NCBI GenBank assembly: GCA_030704615.1
Contig: CM060731.1
Coordinates: forward strand, 89,962,001-90,026,000
DNA: 64,000 nucleotides
DNA from: Takakia lepidozioides
Lineage: Eukaryota; Plantae; Bryophyta
Reading direction: 5' to 3'
Shown: positions 52,597 to 64,000 of the stretch, one piece after another
Layout: each line of letters begins with the position of its first letter
How positions within the stretch are numbered: the first letter of the stretch is position 1
Notes under the pieces: generated by a model
The model's input: the letters and a program-made list of their open reading frames with translations, nothing else
Told to the model about the DNA's origin: nothing
Databases searched by the model: none
Program-made: the position numbers and the translations under genes

Positions 52597-53349
52597 CACT
52601 ACAAACACATTTTTGAGCTCGTAGCATGAAAATATTCCGGTCCGTCCGACCTGCCTCACAGCCTGTGAAGAGCTCACTCACAGCAAGAATCCAGGAAGGA
52701 ATGACAGGGGAGTCAGCTCACCCCGAACCTGTTTCGTTAAAACTGAGACTATAGAATTCCCATCCAAAACATGCTAGTGGGTATTTTCCATGATAGACAC
52801 ACTAGAAGCATTCGTGTCATTTACCACTTGGGTAACGACTCATTTTTAGTCGTAAAAGTAAAAATACCGGGATCAACTGGAAGTTACAAATGACTAATTA
52901 CAACAGACGTGGAAGTTGGGTCGGACATCCAATGATTGGAGTGGTAAAGGACGCAGACACGCGAACAACTACTCAGCGATTATTGCGATTAATGCTGAAG
53001 AACCACGTGGCGTAACCAGGCCGGCCGCCCGTGTGTCTGACCTTTTGGGCTGACTTTGATTTTTCCCTCCGCATGAGTGGAATGACTCATCGGACCGCAG
53101 TGACACATGGACGCAGACGTGGACGCCGACGTGGCGGCACCGCGACGAGCAGCAGTGTTGCCACGTGGCCACGGGCCCGGGGCGCCACGTGGTAGTCGAC
53201 CACATAACTTGCAGTGCTACATGCCGAGTGGCAACTGCGACTGCGAAAGTCGGCGCAACCACTGCTTTACTACTTTAAATGAAGTGCTCGAAATTAGTTG
53301 AACAATCATTCATAATGGTTCATATTTTGAAGTTTTGGTGTTTGTAGTG
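52597..53349. mobile_element. Non-autonomous CACTA-like element
   Basis: 12-bp TIRs CACTACAAACAC (52597-52608) and GTGTTTGTAGTG (53338-53349). The flanks (TCC / AGC) show no 3-bp TSD. Confidence 0.5.
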
Positions 53350-53693
53350 AGCTGACTAGTACATACGCATGTAATGCCATACAATAGAACTAATCATGTC
53401 ATTATAAATGCAAAAACGATGAAAGACATGCCATGAAACAAAATGAAAAGAAATAAAACAAAGTGAAATGAAAATGAAATGAAATGAAACAAAATGGTAC
53501 CTTATTACGTCGGCAAAAAGCTCAAAGAGCTTATGGGACAAAATGGAAAAAAACAAGAGAGATGAGACAAGACCAAAGTGCAAAAATAGCCCAAAACCTT
53601 TTCCTTATCCTGGGGATTGCCTAAGGGTCAAGGCCTCGTGCAGGTAAGCTGCCAAGCATTTCTGATCCTCATAATGCAAGACTTCAGTGATAG

Positions 53694-55165
53694 TGTCGCG
53701 CACCTAACTTCGCTAAGCTCCCCTTCAAGTCATAGTTACTCGTTTTGATGCGCGCGCCCAACTCCCAACCGCCGGGCCAACTCGGAGCTTTGGCTGCTCA
53801 CCGGGACATAACGGCCCCCCTTTACTCTTCCAAAAGACCCTCCACCAATTTGGGCCTAGTGGAAATTCCCTTTGGTAGATGGCAGTCCGGAATAGTTCCC
53901 CACTCCTTGGTCGCTTTCCGGCTCGCTCGCTTACTCACTAGTTTTTGGTCACCAACGGGTTTGCACCGTTCTCGGGGTTACTACTCCCTATATATACTTC
54001 TGTGACTGTCCGCGGGGGTTTCACAAACAACCATGCCATTTATGGCGAACCACCACGAAGACCCTCGACTCTCGGTGATAAGTCGCGGTGAGTCTTGGCC
54101 CACCCACCACGGCCCCATTGGACCGTGATGAGTCCCAAGACTCCCCACGACTCCCACCATAAGGTCTCCGCCCCATGGTGAGTCCTATGCCACCCCACTA
54201 AGTCCCGCTAAGCTACCACCACCCCTTGTGGAGCCACCCCCACCGCAACCCGGTGTGCGGGGCTCCACCTAGTGAGCGCCTCCGCCTCCTTGAGTGCCTT
54301 GGGCACTCAAGGGTGCTTCAGCCCCCCGTACCTATCACTGCCATTGCCCCCACCACAGGGGCAGCCCCTCCTGCGTCCCGACCCCCCTGCCCTCAAGGCA
54401 AAGGACCGCGACACACACCCCTACCAACAGGGAGTCGATGTCCTCATCGACTTGTCCATTTTGTAGAAACGAACATCCAAGTTGTGGCGTCCCGCATCAA
54501 GGAGTTTGTTTCCGTACCATGGCGTCCCATTGCAAAGAACCAAACCCCACACTTGACTGTACTCTCCACTAGCTAGTTCGGCCGACTTCCTCCAAGTCCC
54601 GGCCAAGGGTGGAGCCTCACAAGCCCCACCCAGTGCACTTTTCTTGGCCCACTTCAAGGCCAAGGAACGATCCTCCCCGAGGATCGAATCGCCTTACTGT
54701 AACAACTTTACTTGCGACCGCTCATGATGTCGCTTTGACATCACCTTGAGCAAGGGTTCACCTTGAACCATTTTTTACAAGGAAGATAACCTTGAACCAA
54801 CCGTGCGCCCCAATCACTATAATTGGGTCCGCCTTGGAATGCTGGCCTGAGATACGGGAACACGCCGAAGCCGCACTACGACTTCGTCCCGAGGCTACAC
54901 GATTATAGTACGTGAACGGAAGCACGTACCTTCCGCGTCAACCTGCACTACAAGGCAACCCCCTCGGTAGCGCAGTTATAGTACGCACACGCACCAGGTG
55001 CGCACTAGCACGTGAACTCCAAAAGAAGGCGCAAGTTTCCTTGCCCCTTGGATGGGTGTCACCCGATTTCGGCACTACGCAAACACATGATTAATCTAAT
55101 TTACCTCTCCCACTTTTGTAAGCTAGCATGCATTCTACACACTAGCCAACCATACCATGCATCAC
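53694..55165 (-). mobile_element. LTR retrotransposon family A, copy 3 (internal 3' part, PPT, complete 3' LTR 53694-54413)
   Basis: 720-bp LTR with TGTCGCG...CGCGACA termini. Purine tract GGTAGGGGTGTG abuts it on the - strand. 55081-55165 matches internal 20362-20446 of copy 2. Confidence 0.85.
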
Positions 55166-57697
55166 AACAAAATAGGATGCACAATATTTGGAAACCATTT
55201 CATTTATAACAAAATTTGTACAATACAAGTTTTTGCAATCGAATTCCTGAGCTAGCTAAGCCATCCGGGGCATGATTTCTGGCAGCCACGTTCCAGCCTC
55301 GGATGGAAATATGGTGCCATATTTCCATCCAGGCTGTGGGCGACGAGGCGAGGTGCAGAAGAGAGTTTAGGGTTTGTTGGTGAATGTTGCAGAATGATAG
55401 TGTACGTAGAGACTGAAATGGTTATGGATGTATTAATGTCCAGGTCATCAGTCTACAATGGTCCTCAGATGATTTAATGTCATGCTAATGTGGTATTTTA
55501 CGTTGTTGTCATCAGTGTAGAATGTGTAGTGTGAATGCAGGGGACAGAACATTACATATGTTTACCATTACGACCTACATCACTATGACGGAGTGCCCGT
55601 CATCCCAACTGCAGAAAGGATGTATCCCTTCATGTAGGTAATTTCATGAGCGCACTGAACTTATGCTTTGCCAGGAGAAAATGGCTAAGTGATGACGGTA
55701 CACATTTTCATCCATGCGATGAACGTTTTCATCACTGGTTCTTGACCTAAAAGATCGCGGGTTGAGAAAAACGAAGAGGAAGATGACGGATGGCTCGTAG
55801 CGGCTGTTGCAAGCAGTGGTGTTGGCAGGGCAGCCTGTGTTAGGAGGTTGTACCTGCGCGGTGGGATCTTGCTTGGCTTAGGAAGCGGCATTAAGACGCC
55901 TCTGCTTGGTATTCTGTGTAGAAAGAAGCGGTGCCGCCTCTCTCGTAGTGATGATCAATTCCAAGAGATAGAAGCATGTAAGGAAAGCGGCGCACCACCA
56001 CTGCCGCCAGTGCCTTGAAGATGATAGTTATGGGCAGATGAGCAAGCAAGGAAAAGGCCAGCTGCTGAAAGCACAGGGAAGAGAGTCTGGGCACAATCAA
56101 TGGGGGGAGGTAAAGCATGTGGAGTTCTGGCTGTATGGTATCTCAGGTTCTCTGTCATTAAGCTTCTAGCTGCTTTGTGTCTCCTTGTTATAGGACCAGG
56201 CCAATTCGAGAGGAAGAATTGCATAGCGTAATCTGGTTGTCAGGCCACAGGATGGTCCAAGTGAAGAAGGGGAGCCATCATGGCGTCATAAGGTCTGGAA
56301 TCAAGACAAAGAGAAAGGGTTGAAGTGGCTGCTGACGGGCGATGGCAAGGTGCCACCTTGACAGGCAGACCCGCCGCTTCACTAGTGGATAAAAACAGAT
56401 AAGTCGATGAACAGAGGCTTCTTTTTGCCAGGACTTAGAAATTGCTTTGGTAGATTTAGGACTGCCATCTTGGCAGAAGAGAAAAGGTAGAGACATGTGA
56501 CAAGAAAAAGTTTTTGAAATGGGAATGGAGACTCTGGACTTCAGACCAGAACGTGGAAAGGATGGATGCACCTGATGTTGTGATGACAGTGAGAGAAATA
56601 AGTGAAGAGAGAGAGAAAGAGAGAGTCTGTTCGTCACTGAATTCAGAATGGTCACTGTTGTCTTCATTCTTGCATTTTGATTCAGTGTCATAAACCTGGA
56701 CACCATGCTGCCGTGTGTAGTGATAACCTGAACCAATGTAGATCTGGCTTGTTTGTTTGGAGAGATCAATGATGGTTAGCTGGAGTTGCAAAAAAACATG
56801 GAAAGGATAAGGTGATTTCACTATGGGATCAGGATCTGAACAACTGCGTTCCACAGTTGAAGGGAAAAGAGGGATGTTGGGGTATTTGGGTTGAAGTCTG
56901 ACAAAAGAGATGAGAGCTGTTTGAGCGATGGGTCATTGGAAAAAAGGACAAGAGAGAGAGAAAGAGAGAGAGACTGATGGATGGGATGGTTGTGTCTTGA
57001 GAGACCGAGGATGACTTCAAGGCTGGCCGCACTGGATGCCTAGCAGCGTGTGCATTCACATTACATGACAGATCTGCTGCTGTGAAATAGTGGGGAACCT
57101 GGGGACATAGACAGAGATAGTGAAACAGACAAAAAGGGAAAAGAAAGAGAGAGAGTGAAAAATGGGATTTGGGTAAGGAGAGAGCTGCAATTCAAAAGGG
57201 CTGTTGGGGGGGGGGTTTGGCCAATTTGGGGAGATGAGATGAAGAAAACCTGAAAGAAACCAGTGCCCCTGCAGACCATGAAGATCTGAGCTGCCTCCTC
57301 CTAAATCTGTGTCACCACTACAAAAAGGGGATTTCCGACCTGTCACTGCTCAAGTGGGCTTCACATAAAGGATCGTGTTTACCGCTGCCATTGGGCTGAT
57401 TTGCATCATTGAATACATCGCACCAGCATAGCTGGTGCTGTACCTGCTGATAGGGGATGTTGTGTAAAAGGTAGAACCAAGAGTGAACAACAAATTGACT
57501 CCCCATCCATGTCTTCCCTTCCGCTGCGGCGTGGATGAGGATTGCTTGAACTCTGATCACGGAGGAGCTGAGGGAAACCCACAGCCAAGTGACGACAGTT
57601 GGACAGATTAGAAAGAACGCTTCTTTCCTCTTGCTCCGCAATCAATGGAGGGGAGCACAATTAGAATTATACAGAAGGGGATTCACGCCCCTTCTTT

Positions 57698-60600
57698 TGG
57701 TATCAGAGCTACGTTGTTAAATCTTGATTTCTACTAGCTAGGGATCTTGACTGGTATTGGATGGTTTGATGGCAGGAAGAGACCACACACTGATTCCTGA
57801 TGAACCAAGCATTGGAGATGTGCTGATTTGCTTCAGCAGACGCACACCAAATGCACACGCAGACCCTTGTTTGTACTTCTTCAACCCTGCTTGGAGAATA
57901 GCGAATGGTGATTTATGTCTTAGAGTAATACATACTGGTGGAAGAACAACCATAGCACTTTGGATAAGAGAGTTAGGAAGGTGGGTGAAGATAAATACCA
58001 TGGCACGAGAGGTGACATGGGGAGGTAGAGTAGAGATGTTGCGAAATGGACAATGGGAGTGGTATAGAGGTCAACATTAAGGGAGTTGCGGGAAAATTAG
58101 AGTCAGAATTAGGTGTTGAAACAGTTTGAACTTTGACTAGAGAATAGAAGGATGACCAGTCCAACCAGCATAGATGCGCCTTATCATGGTAGGAATAGTG
58201 AGGATGTAAATGACTGGCTGGAGAGGATTCAGATGGAGGCAGATGTCAGGGATTTGAATGAGGACAAAACTTTCAAGGTAGCAAGGCTCAACCTGAGAGC
58301 CAAGGCTGATGAATGGTACCGTAAACAAAACCCTAGACCAAACAACTGGGTGGACTTTAGGGCAGCAATTTCAGCCAAGTTTGGTATCGTTGACTTGGCA
58401 GAAATTAGGCTAAGAATGGATACCATTAAACAGGAGAGTAGACAAAGGGTTCAAACATACTTCGATAGGTTGAACCGGTTATTTATAAGAAGTGGGCCGT
58501 CTGATTTGGAACAGAGGCGTAGATTTGCAGCAGGTTTGAGACCAGAAATAGCAAGAGTAATGTGGGCAGGCGCTTCCTTGATGTAGGGAAGCACTTGACA
58601 CAGCCATTGAGATTGAAAGGGGCCTGGGAAAGTTAGGGGAAATACCTCTAGAGCCATTGGAAGGAGATGATACAGATGAGTCAGTTGTGTTTGTTAACCC
58701 TGTGGACAGAAGACTTGATCAGCTGAACACTACCCTACAGAAGTACTTTGATAGGGGACCAGTCATAGGAGAAAGCTCGGGATCTAGAACACCACCTCGT
58801 GTTCGCCTTTGTAATGTTTGTCACAAAGAAGGTCACATAGCTGCATATTGTCCTGAAGGAAGAACCCCAGCTAAGTGTGACAAATGTCACCGGTTCGGGC
58901 ATTCCACGGAAATGTGTGGTGTGAGATGCAACTTTTGCAAGCTACTCGGGCATACGGAGAGTGAGTGCGGTAGAAAACTCGACCAAACTATGATGGGAAC
59001 TCCGGGAACTAACTTTGTAGATGTGTTCTATGATGATGAGGATGATGTACTCGCAGAGATGACAGATCTGATGTCACGAAATAGTATCAATGAAGTCAGA
59101 CTTCCAAGGACACGCATACCTGTCCAGAGTCCGATTGTTGAACCTACAGGGTCACCAGAAAGGAATAGTGAGAGCAGTGAACAGCCAAGCAAGACCAAGA
59201 GTGAAATCTACCCAAAGAACAATTTCAAGAATGCTATAGAAGGAGGTACGAAATCCAGAATCTTGAACCACTTCTACAAAGGGAGAATATCGTTGTCACC
59301 CATGGACCTGATCATGACTGTGCCCGGAGAGCTAGACAAATTAAAAGGGCTGGTCAAAGTGGTGGAAAGAGCAATGGTCCAACAAAGGGAGACAACTCAC
59401 AGTGTAGAAGTTGTGAAGGATGTACCAAGGCCTTTGTACTCAGCACACGCTGAGCCCACGATCTCGTATGCTTATACAGGTAAGGTTAAAGCGCTTCATG
59501 TAATGATTACAATGGGAGATTACCAAGTATTAGGCCAGATTGACACTGGTGCCATGCTTTCTGTAATATCAGCTAGTACAGTCAGGGATCTTGGTTTGAT
59601 GGGATCTGTCATTACTAGTAAGGATGTAAATTACAGAGTAGCCTCAGGTGCTCTTGAGACTGCAATGGGCAGACTTGAGGACATCAAGGTCAAAGTAGGA
59701 GAACTGACCAATCGTTTGTCCTTTATGGTGGTGAACACGGATACATATCACATGCTGCTGGGATTAGACTTTCTCAAAAAGTTTGGCGCTGTAGTGGACA
59801 CCGAAGCTGAAACAATTCGCGTACGCTATGGGCCAGGAAAGGATTTTGCTCACTTCCCTTTGCACACCATCAATTATAATGAGCCTGCAGTTACCAAAAC
59901 AGCCTACCATAGAGGGGTCGAGAGTAGAATGAGATATGCAAGCAGTACGTCAGCAGGTAATGTCTTAACCCTGACGTCAGATGAACAGTACCTAGGCTTG
60001 TGGGAGAAGAAAAGAAAACCAGAGGAAGAATATGAGGACACGGAGGAAGCATCCTCAGGTTCTGACACCTCTAAATCTGATAAAGATGAGGAGATGGGAG
60101 GCTCTGAGGAGAGTAAGGAGGTAGAAACAGCACTGAGGGATGTTGAGGAAATAATAGACGAGGTCAACCTAGGGGAGGACTTGTTCGAGGACCAAGGGAT
60201 GTCTGAACTCCTTCAGGAAGAGACCCATAAGAGCATGGCTGCTGCCATAATACAGGAAGCTTACCAGAAAGCTTGGAATGGTGAACTAGGGAACAACAAC
60301 CTAGAAATAGAGGATGACTTCCATGATTGGAATCAGGTTGTCACACAAGAGGAAGGACAGAGAATGGCTAACTCTGTAAGCCAGGTGGAGAAAAAAAATT
60401 GGGAACCCAGTCAAGAGGAAGAAATGGAGAGTCGTTGGAGAAGTCTGAAATCCAGACTGCACATCAACCCAGAACTGGCCCCAGAACATAGGATAGAGCT
60501 GGAACAAGAGCTGAAAGCAAACCAGGAATGCTTTGCTTTTAGCAAGGCTGACTTGGGATACTGCAGTGAGGTGGAACACACAATTGACACACAAGGTTTT

Positions 60601-63136
60601 CCCCCTTGCAGAAGTCGTCCCAGCCGCCTATCAGAATGGGAGGAAGACGAGGTCCAAGGACAAATTGAGACTTTGATCTCACAAGGCAAGATGAGAGAGA
60701 GTAGCTCAGAATGGTCGTGTCCAGTTACCCTTCCACCAAAAAAGGATGGATCCAAGCGGTTTTGTGGTGATTTTAGGCCAGTAAACCGTTTAACCAGAAG
60801 GGACTCTTACCCTATGCCATTGATTCAGGATGTTTTAAACCAGTTGGGGAAAGCCAAGTGGTTTTCTGCGCTGGATTTACAATCTGGTTTTTGGCAGATC
60901 AAAATGGACGACCGAGACATAGGCAAAACAGCAGTGATCACAAAGAAGGGATTGTATGAATGGCTAGTCATGCCATTCGGGCTAAAAAATGCCACTGCTA
61001 CCTTTCAGAGAACGATGAATAGGGTTCTCAAGGAAGAAATCAAAGATTGCGCTAAAGTTTTTGTAGATGACGTCAATATCCATAGCAAGGACTGGGGAGA
61101 TCACGTGGGACATATAAAGAGAGTATTGAGCAAGGTTAGAAAGGCCAATCTTAGGCTCAATCCGGACAAGTGTTACTTTGCCAACTTACAGTTGGTATTC
61201 CTTGGGCATGTGATCTCTAAAGGGAACGTGGCCTGATCCAGATAAGATAGCTGCTATTGAAAGGTTTCCCTTGCCAAAAAACCACACTGCTCTCAAAAGC
61301 TACTTAGGCATGACAGGGTACTATAGGCCCTATGTCAAAGGATATGCTGGAGTGGCAGTACCGTTGTTCACTCTAACCAAAAAGGATGTGAAGTTTATCT
61401 GGAGTGCAGAGGCACAAAACGCCTTTTCTGCCTTACAGGTGAAGTTGGTAACTGCTCCCATCCTGGCAAGACCAGATTTCTCAAGACCGTTCGTCTTGGA
61501 TGTTGATTGGTCCATCAAAGGAGTAGAGGCAGTCTTGTCACAAAAGGAGTATAAAAAGGAGAGGGTCATTGCATACGCCAGTAAGGTACTATCTGATGCT
61601 CAGCGCAAATATCACCCTATGGAAGGTGAATGCTATGCCCTGGTGTGGGGAGTATTACACTTTCGGCAGTACCTGTATGGAACCCCTTTTGTAATCAGGA
61701 CTGATCACAAACCACTGGAGTGGTTGGCAACGGTAAGTGACGCATATGGACGCAGGGGTAGATGGATCATGATGTTACAAGATTTTGAGTTTAAAATTGT
61801 TCACAGAGCAGGTGCTAGGCATGCTAACGTAGATGCACTAAGCAGGTATCCAGTGGGACCAGCTGAGGAAACCGAGGAAATCGAGGTATACTCTACTTCT
61901 CTGTACAGTCAGAAAAGAGAAGGGAGAAAGAGGGATGGAGCCTATCTTCTTAAGCTAGCTTGGGATAGGGGTGCCATCAATGCTTCGTTATTTCAATTTA
62001 AGGAGGGTAAGGAGGAGTTGAGAGAAGAAGCTCATAGGCAAGTAGGGTATAGCAGTGAAAAAGGGGAGATGATTTGCAAAAGAGAAGAGTACTATGCATG
62101 TGTATGGGGCCTTTGGCACTTCAAGAAAATACTGTTGGGAAGTCATTTTTCCTTGGAAACAGATCTAGATCCATATTGGTGGCTGTACTCAGAGCACCAC
62201 ATAGGCATAGACTTACTTGGTGACTTTTCATTTGAGTTCGTTCCGGGCATAGTAAGACCTTCCACAGGTAGAATGTTGACCAAGGATCATGGCATATTGA
62301 AGGGAGAACTGAAACCAGGCATAATGCCAGATGGAGAAGGAAAGAGGGTGACTTTTGCTGCACAGACTTTTGCTACAAAAAAACAAGGAAAGGGTATTGA
62401 TCAATCAAGCTCTGTCAATTTGGTAAGGGAGGGTATTTGGAAGGATAAGGGTGCAGGAAGGAAAGAGGCTACTGCAATCAGCAACAAGGAAAGGGAGCAT
62501 CTGATGCCCTCTTGTCCCACCATCCATGTGATTACCCGAGGATCTCGTGCTCGTGATAAGGAGCTGAGCGAGGTACATCCAGCCTGTGAACTTGTGGAAG
62601 AGAGATCGAACAATGAAAAGGGAAGCTTGCAAGAGACACCATTCCTTCAAGACTTGACAAGCACTCCAACTACAAGAAGAACGCGGGTGACTTCCTCATC
62701 AGAATGCCCAGCCAAGGAAAACATGGGGGGTGAGTGTTCCACCAAGACGTTTTGTTCTTCAGACAGTGATGGAACAAGTGGTTCAGAACCAGACACTTCT
62801 TCTTGCAACAAGATTGATGAAGGGGACTGGGTACCATGGACCGCACCCACCAAAGCTACTCAGATGTCATTATTACGTGAGGCTGAAAGATGGGGGAAAA
62901 GCTCTCTCATCAGCTCTGACCAGCATACAGCAGCTGTTAAGGAGGAAAGGCAACCTGATGTGCTAGGCTCTCCCAAGTTGCGGAGGACAGCAAACAATAG
63001 CGTAGGAATTCGGAGCCATCGAACACCGCACGAAGTTGGCAAGTGCGAGGTTCAGTATAGCGACAGACGAAGGCTCACAGGCACCATGCGGAGTCCATCG
63101 ACGATTGGAAGTCGCACATTGAAGTGGAAAGTATAG
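57698..63136 (+). mobile_element. Ty3/gypsy element family D: PBS, upstream ORF, gag-pol (PR, RT, RNase H), integrase not seen
   Basis: PBS TGGTATCAGAGC at 57698-57709; gag from 58152; three CCHC knuckles; protease IDTGA; RT KKDGSKRFCGDFR, LDLQSGFWQI, MPFGLKNA, FVDD; RNase H LDVDWS..EGECYALVWG..TDHKPL..NVDALSR. Frameshifts near 58600 and 61225. Confidence 0.92.
57769..58080 (+). CDS. Small ORF of unknown function between PBS and gag
   Basis: Open 103-codon frame starting MAGRDHTLIPDEP, Trp-rich. No recognised domain. Confidence 0.35.
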   Translation: MAGRDHTLIPDEPSIGDVLICFSRRTPNAHADPCLYFFNPAWRIANGDLCLRVIHTGGRTTIALWIRELGRWVKINTMAREVTWGGRVEMLRNGQWEWYRGQH

Positions 63137-63434
63137 TTTCAAGCTACATGCATGAAGGTGGGAGGTGTGATTCCATAGCCAGTAAGTTAGACAATGATGG
63201 CCGAATCGGCGACGAAATAACATCTCATGACAGTTTCTCCTGAGGGTGGATCCAGCAGTATTCTCGGTACGGACAGGAGCATTCGCACTGACAAGTGCCA
63301 GGACTGTTAGTTAAAACGGTCAGACAACCTAGTTGTGCTCATCAAGACTGGCCACAATTCTGTTGTTTCGGAACAATGCAACCCATTCAGGTTGAGGTTT
63401 CAGATTTCCGTCCGGAGTGATTCTTTCGATTGCT

Positions 63435-64000
63435 GCTGGACGGAAATACGGAGCCGCATTTCCGTATTGGGTCTTCGTCATGCACCAGAGCGACGGAAAT
63501 GCGGCACCGAGTTTCCGTCCGGGGGAAACCTTTACACTCTCCAGAACGGAAATGCGGTAACGCATTTCCATCCAGCAAGCACGGTATGTGAAGGTGGAAC
63601 GGAAATGCGGTACCGCATTTCCGTTCTGATTGAGAATCATGAACAAAGGGAAAAGAAATGCGGCACCGCATTTCCGTCCGAGTCGCACTTTCCGACATTC
63701 CATAACGGAAATGCGGCACCGCATTTCCGCCCGGGTGAGACCTTCATACTCTCCAGAACGGAAATGCGGTAACGCATTTCCATCCAGCAAGCACGGTATG
63801 TGAAGGTGGAACGGAAATGCGGTACCGCATTTCCGTTCTGATTGAGAATCATGAACAAAGGGAAAAGAAATGCGGCACCGCATTTCCGCCCAGGTGAGAC
63901 CTTCATACTCTCCAGAACGGAAATGCGGTAACGCATTTCCATCCAGCAAGCACGGTATGTGAAGGTGTAACGGAAATGCGGTACCGTATTTCCGTTCTGA
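63435..64000. repeat. Tandem array (~160-210 bp units) of GGAAATGCGG(T/C)ACCGCATTTCC palindromes, runs off window
   Basis: Units start at 63541, 63753 and 63912. Perfect 30-bp palindrome GAACGGAAATGCGGTACCGCATTTCCGTTC at 63597-63626. Confidence 0.9.

Noticed and set aside
20362-55165. Copies 2 and 3 of family A as one element split by a 31-kb insertion
   Set aside because: On the - strand the 3' half comes before the 5' half, and the outer flanks (GCACA vs GATAG) give no TSD.
55440-57697. 5' LTR of Ty3 family D
   Set aside because: Its position before the PBS fits, but there is no clear TG...CA boundary or partner LTR in the window.
63329-63949. ORFs of 100-200 aa in the terminal array
   Set aside because: These are translations of the palindromic repeat, with no domain signal.

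Overview
Eukaryotic plant nuclear DNA, rich in transposable elements (TEs) and containing introns. It is most likely from a non-seed land plant such as a liverwort or other bryophyte; this is inferred from the bryophyte-type Ty3 proteins, a TORNADO1-like ROCO gene and a PLS-DYW PPR remnant. Two genes look intact and lie head-to-head: a plastid-type Xaa-Pro aminopeptidase P (38252-45351, -) and a Tim17/22/23 (PRAT, HP20/HP22-like) gene (45899-47888, +). The rest is mostly nested or decayed material: several Ty3/gypsy pieces, an L1-type LINE, a PPR-E-DYW pseudogene shuffled with OSB PDF-motif repeats, an isolated Argonaute-like exon, and an LRR-Roc-COR gene apparently broken by a 1.8-kb inversion. 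The most unusual part is 4.5-13.5 kb. It holds a spliced, now degenerate gene joining a ParB/Srx-like domain to a beta-class N4C/N6A DNA amino-methyltransferase domain. A divergent paralogue fragment faces it, and dense arrays of GGAAAT-N10-ATTTCC palindromes lie upstream of it and inside one of its introns. All family assignments come from motif recognition by eye; no database search was run.
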